From Nostocoides sp. F2B08 (GTDB lineage: Bacteria; Actinomycetota; Actinomycetes; Actinomycetales; Dermatophilaceae), in the NCBI RefSeq assembly GCF_009184895.1, contig NZ_WESE01000010.1, positions 15,164 to 47,163 of the forward strand: DNA of 32,000 nt, read 5' to 3'. The position numbers and the translations under genes are program-made. Each line of letters starts with the position of its first letter. Within the stretch, counting starts at the first letter, position 1. Shown piece after piece: positions 26,523-32,000 of this stretch. The notes under the pieces are model-generated. The model did no database searches. It saw only the letters and a list, made by a program, of their open reading frames with translations, and was not told the DNA's origin.

Positions 26523-27817
26523 CGGGCAGCCTGCGGGACGGGCTCGCTGACCTGCGGGCGGATCGGCTCGCTGGAGATGAGCAGCCGCGGGCGACGCCTG
26601 GTCTCGAAGCTCACCCTGACATTCTCGCTGCGTGCGAGGTATGCCGCCACGACCATGAGGGTCGCGGCCACGGCGATCGGTCCGATCGCGATGGTCCACC
26701 GGGCCCCGAAGGTGTCGCCGATCCAGCCGATGACGGGCGCACCGGCGGGTGTGCCGCCCATGAAGATCGCCATGTACAGCGCCATCACCCGGCCGCGGAC
26801 GAGCGGGTCGACCCGGGTCTGGACCATCGCGTTGGCCGTGGTCAGGGCGGTCAGGGAGGTGTAGCCGACCGCGACGAGGGTGACGGCGAAGGTGAGGTAC
26901 GACGGCGCGAGCGCCGCGGCGGTCCCGGCTGCGGTGAAGCCGACCAGGGCGAGGAGCAGCGTGCGCAGCCGTGCGGTGCCACGCCGGGCCGACATCAGCG
27001 CGCCGGTCAGCGAGCCGATGGCGATGACGGAGCCGAGGATGCCGAACTCGGTCGGGCCCTTGTCGAACACGGTGGTCGCCATCAGGGCCGTCGTGATCTG
27101 GAAGTTCATCCCGAACGTGCCGAACACGAAGACGAGGAGCATGACGAGCTGGATGTCCCGGCGTCCCTTGACGTAGGCGAACCCGTCGCGGATGGCGCCT
27201 CGGCCCCGGCTGAGCGGGGTCGGCCGCATCTCGCCGGGCCGGAGCAGACTGAGTGCGGTGATCGTCGCGAGGAACGAGACCGAGTTGATGAGGAACGCCG
27301 TCGCGGTCCCCCACTGGGCGATCGTCAGGCCGGCCACACCGGGGCCGATCAGCCGCCCGGCGTTGAACGAGGCGCTGTTGAGCGCGACGGCGTTGGCGAG
27401 AGTGTCCTTGGGCACCATCTCCGAGACGATCGTCTGCCGGGCCGGGTTGTCGATGGCCATCGTCGCGCCGAGCAGGCCGGCGAGGACGAACATCATCCAC
27501 AGCTGCATCGTGTCGGTGAACACGAGTAGCGAGGTGACGAGCATGAGCGTGGCCATGAAGCCCTGGGTCGCCAGCAGGATGCGGCGCTTCGGGAAGCGGT
27601 CGGCGATCATGCCGGTGAACGGGGCGAGGAGCAGGAACGGCGTGAACTGCAGGCCGACGACGAGGCCGAGAGCCTGGGACGAGTAGTCCGTGAGCTCGGT
27701 GAGGACGAGCCAGTTCTGGGCGACCGCACCCATCCAGGTGCCGATGTTCGAGATGAAGGCGCCGCTCGCATACAGCCGGTAGTTGCGCACCTCGAGTGCG
27801 CGGAAGGTCGGGCTCAC
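26519..27817 (-). CDS. MFS transporter (MFS_3 / EntS-like family)
   Basis: The GTG at 27817 gives VSPTFRALEVRNYRLYASGAFISNIGTWMGAVAQNWLVL, the canonical N-terminus of this family, followed by 12 hydrophobic segments. This GTG overlaps the MarR stop as GTGA. The upstream 85 codons of the ORF track are Arg/Gly-rich. Confidence 0.85.
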   Translation of the reverse strand: MSPTFRALEVRNYRLYASGAFISNIGTWMGAVAQNWLVLTELTDYSSQALGLVVGLQFTPFLLLAPFTGMIADRFPKRRILLATQGFMATLMLVTSLLVFTDTMQLWMMFVLAGLLGATMAIDNPARQTIVSEMVPKDTLANAVALNSASFNAGRLIGPGVAGLTIAQWGTATAFLINSVSFLATITALSLLRPGEMRPTPLSRGRGAIRDGFAYVKGRRDIQLVMLLVFVFGTFGMNFQITTALMATTVFDKGPTEFGILGSVIAIGSLTGALMSARRGTARLRTLLLALVGFTAAGTAAALAPSYLTFAVTLVAVGYTSLTALTTANAMVQTRVDPLVRGRVMALYMAIFMGGTPAGAPVIGWIGDTFGARWTIAIGPIAVAATLMVVAAYLARSENVRVSFETRRRPRLLISSEPIRPQVSEPVPQAAR

Positions 27818-28302
27818 GAGGTCGCGATCCTCTCGAGCACCGGGAGGGCCGCCTGAAGGGCCTCGAGATCCGCCTCGGAGAGGGTCTCGAGGCGTGCGGC
27901 CATCCACTCGTCCCGGGCGCGACGCGTCTCGGCGAGCCGCTCGCGGCCCTCGTCGGTGATCGTGACGATGACCCGGCGCCCGTCGGTGGGATCTGCGGAA
28001 CGCTCGATCCAGCCCGCCTCCACGAGACCGCCGATGGTTCGTGACATGGTCGGTGCGCTCACCCGCTCCCACTCCGCGAGGTCACCGGCGGACGCCGGGC
28101 CGCACGCGACGCGGCTGAGCACGGCCATCTGGTGGGGTGCGACCTCGACGACGCTCTCGAAGCGGTTGCGGCGGGCGATCCGCAGGCAGGCCAGCCGCAG
28201 GTCCGTCGCGAGGTGGAACGGGCCGGGGTTCTCGGGGCTGCCGAGCGGCGCCGACGGGTATGCGGTGGTCACGGGAGACGAAGGTGTTGACATGTCACTC
28301 AT
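27814..28302 (-). CDS. MarR family transcriptional regulator
   Basis: 162 aa with a winged HTH (MAVLSRVACGPASAGDLAEWERVSAPTMSRTIGGLVEAGWIERSADPTDGRRVIVTITDEGRE). Confidence 0.9.
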   Translation of the reverse strand: MSDMSTPSSPVTTAYPSAPLGSPENPGPFHLATDLRLACLRIARRNRFESVVEVAPHQMAVLSRVACGPASAGDLAEWERVSAPTMSRTIGGLVEAGWIERSADPTDGRRVIVTITDEGRERLAETRRARDEWMAARLETLSEADLEALQAALPVLERIATS

Positions 28303-28340
28303 ATGCTTGCATTAACTAATTACCTGATGCAACTATTCCA
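28303..28340. promoter_or_regulatory. AT-rich promoter/operator island with inverted repeat TTGCAT-N14-ATGCAA
   Basis: ATGCTTGCATTAACTAATTACCTGATGCAACTATTCC sits directly against the marR start codon in a GC-rich genome. The arms are TTGCAT (28307-28312) and ATGCAA (28327-28332). MarR regulators usually bind palindromes in their own promoter. Confidence 0.35.
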
Positions 28341-28446
28341 GCCCGGATGACCGGACGGCGGCGGGTCTGATGGGTTTCCGGCGCGAGGCGATGACCTGCG
28401 GGGCCGCGGGTCCGCGATCGGGCACCCCTCGGCGGCCCCCTAGAGT

Positions 28447-28749
28447 ATGCGTATGCGCGAGGACTCCGGCCCGTCCTCCGGGGACCGCCCGGAGACGCCG
28501 TCGGCGACTCCCGCGCAGGGCGCCGGCGAGGGGTTCGAGTACCCGCCCATGCCGGTGCGGACCGTCACCGTCATCGCGGTCGGGATGGTCGCCTGGGCGA
28601 TCGCCCTCGTCGTGATCCTCGCCGTGCCCGAACTGCGCACCGGCGACCGGTCGTGGTGGCCCTGGACGTGTGTGTCCGGCCTGGTTCTCGGCGCGATCGG
28701 CTGGGTCTACGTGCGCCGCGGGCGCGGTAACGCCGCCGGCGTCGAGTAG
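28447..28749 (+). CDS. DUF2530-like small two-TM membrane protein
   Basis: 100 aa with two hydrophobic helices (VTVIAVGMVAWAIALVVILAV and CVSGLVLGAIGWVYV) and a WWPW motif. Size and position (divergent from MarR, near DUF3027/csp) match the mycobacterial DUF2530 context as I remember it. The true start may be the second ATG at 28453 on a leaderless transcript. Confidence 0.65.
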   Translation: MRMREDSGPSSGDRPETPSATPAQGAGEGFEYPPMPVRTVTVIAVGMVAWAIALVVILAVPELRTGDRSWWPWTCVSGLVLGAIGWVYVRRGRGNAAGVE

Positions 28750-28817
28750 GCCGGCCAGCGCGGTCGTCGAGCCGCTGCCGTTGCGGCGAGCCGCGCCTGT
28801 CGACGCGGGCCGCGGCG

Positions 28818-29561
28818 CTAGACGATGTCGAGTCGGCTGTCGTCGACGATCGGGGTGCCCATCGGCTCCGGACGCGGCTGCGGGGCGTCGGTCTCGGAGT
28901 GGGCGCCGCAGCCGTGGTCGAGTGTGACCACCGTGCCGTCGCTGGGGGACCACTCGTTCGCGCACACGCCGAACATGGACCGCAGCGCGCCGGACATCGG
29001 GAGGAAGTAGCCACAGCTGCGGCACTTCGCGGACGAACGCAGCGCGATCTCGCTGCGTGGCCCGCCCTCTCCGGCAGCCCAGCGCGCGGCTGCCGACGAG
29101 CGCCCCTTCGGCGAGAGCACCCGGCGCCGGCCGAGGCCGAGCTCGAACAGCGCGACCGCGTCCTCGTCCTCTGCGCCGGTGGCCTCAAAGCCGAACATCA
29201 GGTTGGGGTCGTCCTCGACCCTGGGGAGGACGTCACCGGGACCGAGGTCGCCGGGCGCGAGCCGCTCGGCGTAGGGCACCCAGGCGGGCGAGAGCAGAGC
29301 GTCGGGTCCGGGGACGAGGTTCGTCTCGCATACCGTGGCGACCTTGCCGCGAGGCACCCGCGCCACCGTGACCGCCCAGGACCAGCCGGGGTATCCGGCA
29401 GCCGTGCAGACGAAGTAGTGGGTCGCGAGCCGCTCGGCCACGCCGACCATGCCGACATGCTCGCCGACCGTCCCCGGCTCGGCGACCTCCAGCAGCGCCT
29501 CGCGGGCGAGGTCGGCGGCCGCGAGCAGCACGGCATCGCTGCGGAGTCTGGTGGGGGTCAC
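28818..29561 (-). CDS. DUF3027 domain protein
   Basis: 247 aa from GTG 29561, 4 nt after the csp stop. The C-terminal Cys/His block CRSCGYFLPMSGALRSMFGVCANEWSPSDGTVVTLDHGCGAHSE is the hallmark I associate with DUF3027. Codons upstream of 29561 overlap csp and were rejected. Confidence 0.75.
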   Translation of the reverse strand: MTPTRLRSDAVLLAAADLAREALLEVAEPGTVGEHVGMVGVAERLATHYFVCTAAGYPGWSWAVTVARVPRGKVATVCETNLVPGPDALLSPAWVPYAERLAPGDLGPGDVLPRVEDDPNLMFGFEATGAEDEDAVALFELGLGRRRVLSPKGRSSAAARWAAGEGGPRSEIALRSSAKCRSCGYFLPMSGALRSMFGVCANEWSPSDGTVVTLDHGCGAHSETDAPQPRPEPMGTPIVDDSRLDIV

Positions 29562-29565
29562 CGGG

Positions 29566-29961
29566 TCAGCTCTCGAGCTCGCTCGCGATGACCCGGAGCA
29601 CCTGGGCGACCTTGTTGCCCATCGCCTTGTCGGGGTAGTGCCCGCGGCGCAGCGACGTCGAGACGTTGTCGAGGAGCTGCATGACGTCCTCGACGATGAC
29701 GACCATCTCGTCGGCCGGCTTGCGATCGCGCGCCTTGCGGCCGGCGGCGACACTCGGGGCCGGGTCGATGAGGCGGACGGCGAGCGCCTGGGCACCACGG
29801 CGCCCCTCGGCCACGGAGAACTCGATGCGCTGGCCTCCCTTGAGGGTGCTCACGCCCTCGGGCAAGGCGCTCGCGGGCACGAAGATGTCGCCGCCCTCGT
29901 CGCTCGCGACGAAGCCGAACCCCTTGTCCGGGTTGAAGAACTTGACCTTGCCGGTGGGCAC
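29566..29961 (-). CDS. cspB: Cold-shock domain protein with a C-terminal extension (CspB-like)
   Basis: GTG start preceded by GAGG at 7 nt. The N-terminus GKVKFFNPDKGFGFVASDEGGDIFV carries the RNP1 motif of cold-shock domains. The 131-aa length and helical C-terminal tail resemble mycobacterial CspB. Confidence 0.85.
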   Translation of the reverse strand: MPTGKVKFFNPDKGFGFVASDEGGDIFVPASALPEGVSTLKGGQRIEFSVAEGRRGAQALAVRLIDPAPSVAAGRKARDRKPADEMVVIVEDVMQLLDNVSTSLRRGHYPDKAMGNKVAQVLRVIASELES

Positions 29962-30125
29962 GTGGGGACCTCTGCGGAGTCTGTGGGAAGGGTGGGAACG
30001 AGACGGTCGGGCACCGCGAAAGACGCTGCGACCCCGCGCCGCCGACCCAGTCTACGGCGAGGGGGCGTATGCGGTCGCCCGGTTTGTCCGATCGGCCCAC
30101 CCCGGCCGATGGCGTGGCCGGTCGC

Positions 30126-30740
30126 TCAGCCCTCGGGCGGGAGGGGGAAGAGCTGGGTGTAGATCTTGACCGTCCGTCGATCCGCGTGGCCGTTCGCCGG
30201 CCGGCCGTCCTCCTCGCAGCGTGACGCCTTGGCCCGCCGCACGTGCTCGCTCACCAGCTCGCCCAGCGCCTCGCACACCTCGTGGAGCTCCTCCGGTGTC
30301 ATCGCCACGGTCGCCTCGTTGAACGAGACGACCTCCTGCCAGCGGCGCTCCTCGTCCCGCTGGCGGTCGATCCACTCGAGCTGCCGTCGGCGACGCTCCT
30401 CCACCCCCTGACGCATGACGAGGTCGACGGCGGTGAGTGCAGCGGGGTCCTCGTCGACGGCCTCCAGTCCGAACGAGAAGCCCTGCGCCTCCCACCACCG
30501 CTCCCGCGCCGTGCCCCGGGACGCGTCCTCGGCAATGAGCCCGTGCTTGGCGAGCTGGCGCAGGTGGTAGCTCGTCTGACCGCTGCTCTCCCCCATCGCC
30601 TCGGCGAGGGTGGACGCGGTCGCGGCGCCGTGGTCCTTGAGGTAGTCGTACATCCGGATCCGCAGCGGGTGGGCGAACGCCTTGAGGGTCGCGGCGTCGA
30701 TCTCACGGGCTCGGTCCGCCGGGGGCTTGCGTATCGTCAT
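30126..30740 (-). CDS. ArsR-like winged-helix transcriptional regulator with a C-terminal extension
   Basis: 204 aa from ATG 30740. LKAFAHPLRIRMYDYLKDHGAATASTLAEAMGESSGQTSYHLRQLAKHGLI is an ArsR/SmtB-type HTH. It is divergent from an MFS gene, a common pairing. Confidence 0.8.
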   Translation of the reverse strand: MTIRKPPADRAREIDAATLKAFAHPLRIRMYDYLKDHGAATASTLAEAMGESSGQTSYHLRQLAKHGLIAEDASRGTARERWWEAQGFSFGLEAVDEDPAALTAVDLVMRQGVEERRRRQLEWIDRQRDEERRWQEVVSFNEATVAMTPEELHEVCEALGELVSEHVRRAKASRCEEDGRPANGHADRRTVKIYTQLFPLPPEG

Positions 30741-30741
30741 G

Positions 30742-30797
30742 TGCAGAGATACCTTTGCAAATAGTTCTTTGCATATGTTCTTCTGCATCTAGTCTAG
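30742..30797. promoter_or_regulatory. Four tandem about 14-bp units with TGCA cores at exact 14-bp spacing (candidate operator array)
   Basis: The units are TGCAGAGATACCTT, TGCAAATAGTTCTT, TGCATATGTTCTTC and TGCATCTAGTCTAG. TGCA starts at 30742, 30756, 30770 and 30784. The outer TGCAGA and TCTGCA are reverse complements, and TTTGCAAA (30754-30761) is an 8-bp palindrome. The array fills the 66-bp divergent intergenic region. Confidence 0.5.
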
Positions 30798-30806
30798 GAG
30801 ACTCCC

Positions 30807-32000
30807 GTGCGCCTGTTCCGCATCCACCTCGCCGGCGTGGCCGGGAGCAACCTCGCCGACGGACTGCTCGCCGGGGCGCTGCCACTCATCGCGATCACAC
30901 TGACCCGCGACCCCCTGCTCATCTCCCTCGTGACCGCGGCCTTCTGGACGCCATGGCTCCTCACGGCCCTCCTCGTCGGCGTCGTGGTGGACCGCGGCGA
31001 CCGGGCCCTGATCCGGCGCCGGGCGCTCGCCGGCCGTCTGGCCCTCCTGCTGGCCGCCCTGGGTCTGGCCGCGGTCGACGCCGTGACGATCGAGGTCCTC
31101 GTCGTCCTCGTCCTGCTGTATGCCGTGACCGAGGTGTTCTCGGACCTGGCCGCCGGCGCGCTCGTCCCGCAGCTCGTCGAGCGCGACGACCTCCCGACGG
31201 CCAACGGCCGGATCATGGGCACGGAGCGGCTCATGCAGGAGTTCGTCGGAGCCCCGCTCGGCGGGGTGCTCGTCGCCCTCGGCTCGGCCTGGGTGTTCGG
31301 CGCCTCGGCGGGCCTGCTCGTGGTGGTCGTCCTCCTCCTCGCCCGGCTGCGCCGACCCGAGGGCTTCCGCGCCGCACCCGAAGGCACCTCCGCCCCACAC
31401 GCGGCCACTCCGGTACGGGTGACCGCGGATATCGCGTACGGACTGCGAGCCCTCCTGGCCCACCCGGTCGTGCGTCCCCTGACGATCGGCGCCGGCCTGA
31501 CCAACCTGGTCAACACCGCGTACTTCGCCGTCTTCGTCCTCTGGGTCGTCGGACCGCAGTCGCAGGTCGGGCTCGAGCCCTGGCAGTTCCCCCTCCTCCT
31601 CATCCCGGTGACCGCCGGCGCACTCGTCGCATCGGTGCTCCCGACCCGGTGGCTGGGCCGGCTCGGCGAGGTCCGCGTGGCCCTCGGGTCATGGCTTGTC
31701 AACGCCCTCCTGCTCCTCGTCCCCGTGCTGGCCCCGACCTGGCCCGCCATCGCCGCCGCCTTCGTCGTGGTCGGCTTCACGAACATGGTCGGCAACGTCA
31801 TCTGGATGAGCATCCGTCAGCGCGTCGTCCCCGCGGGCCTCCTCGGCCGGATCGGCGGCGCGTCCCGGACGGTGTCCTTCGGGACGATGGCCCTCGGCGC
31901 GCCCCTCGGCGGCCTGATCGCCGCGCAGTGGGGTCTCCCGGCGCTCTTCGTCGGCATGTCCGTCGGTGCGGTCCTCGTCGCGCTCTGGCTCGCCACCCAG
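30807..32000 (+). CDS. MFS transporter (MFS_3-like), 3' end beyond the window
   Basis: The GTG at 30807 is preceded by AGGAG (30796-30800). The frame stays open for 398 codons to the window edge, which is why it is missing from the ORF track. My translation begins VRLFRIHLAGVAGSNLADGLLAGALPLIAITLTRDPLLISLVTAAFWTPWLL and contains ...LPTANGRIMGTERLMQEFVGAPLGG.... It is strongly hydrophobic with high GC3. Confidence 0.8.
   Translation, partial: MRLFRIHLAGVAGSNLADGLLAGALPLIAITLTRDPLLISLVTAAFWTPWLLTALLVGVVVDRGDRALIRRRALAGRLALLLAALGLAAVDAVTIEVLVVLVLLYAVTEVFSDLAAGALVPQLVERDDLPTANGRIMGTERLMQEFVGAPLGGVLVALGSAWVFGASAGLLVVVVLLLARLRRPEGFRAAPEGTSAPHAATPVRVTADIAYGLRALLAHPVVRPLTIGAGLTNLVNTAYFAVFVLWVVGPQSQVGLEPWQFPLLLIPVTAGALVASVLPTRWLGRLGEVRVALGSWLVNALLLLVPVLAPTWPAIAAAFVVVGFTNMVGNVIWMSIRQRVVPAGLLGRIGGASRTVSFGTMALGAPLGGLIAAQWGLPALFVGMSVGAVLVALWLATQ

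Noticed and set aside
30091-30110. 7-bp hairpin (ATCGGCC-N6-GGCCGAT) after the ArsR-like gene as a terminator.
   Set aside because: The stem is short and there is no U-tract. It also lies within the probable csp promoter/5' UTR region, so it is too weak to call.
28303-30806. IdeR iron boxes (TTAGGTTAGGCTAACCTAA-like, consensus recalled from memory) in the AT-rich regions upstream of the EntS-like MFS genes.
   Set aside because: The best alignments I could make matched only about 7 of 19 positions, so there is no convincing iron box here or in the ideR/phr gap.

Overview
This is a high-GC actinobacterial chromosomal segment, densely coding on both strands. I found no rRNA, tRNA, CRISPR array, transposase, integrase or prophage signature. 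I call about 30 protein genes. They include five MFS efflux-type transporters, each next to a small regulator (TetR, MarR or an ArsR-like wHTH). There is also a housekeeping block (ideR, photolyase, pdxH, citrate synthase, serC, a cspB-like cold-shock gene, and DUF3027/DUF2530 genes), several oxidoreductases, an acyl-CoA synthetase, three beta-lactamase-fold serine hydrolases (one decayed to a pseudogene), and two tandem secreted cell-wall hydrolases. Most of the window looks like conserved core genome, and I do not see a clear new multi-gene system such as a defence island. The points most worth follow-up are these. (1) A well-supported cyclic-di-AMP (ydaO-class) riboswitch sits directly against the ribosome-binding site of an NlpC/P60 peptidase. 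(2) That peptidase and the upstream hydrolase share an N-terminal module, including a 24-nt identical stretch, but carry unrelated catalytic domains. (3) A minus-strand chain runs MarR -> MFS -> unannotated 27-aa membrane micro-ORF -> zinc-ribbon membrane protein -> membrane-anchored class-A beta-lactamase-like protein, and the first four genes are joined by overlapping stop/start codons. (4) A 66-bp AT-rich divergent promoter region consists of four TGCA-cored units spaced exactly 14 bp apart. (5) One MFS pump is fused to two C-terminal carboxypeptidase-regulatory-like beta-sandwich repeats. (6) ideR and the photolyase gene are head-to-head with only 12-18 bp between their start codons. All functional calls come from reading motifs in the supplied translations. 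No database search was run.
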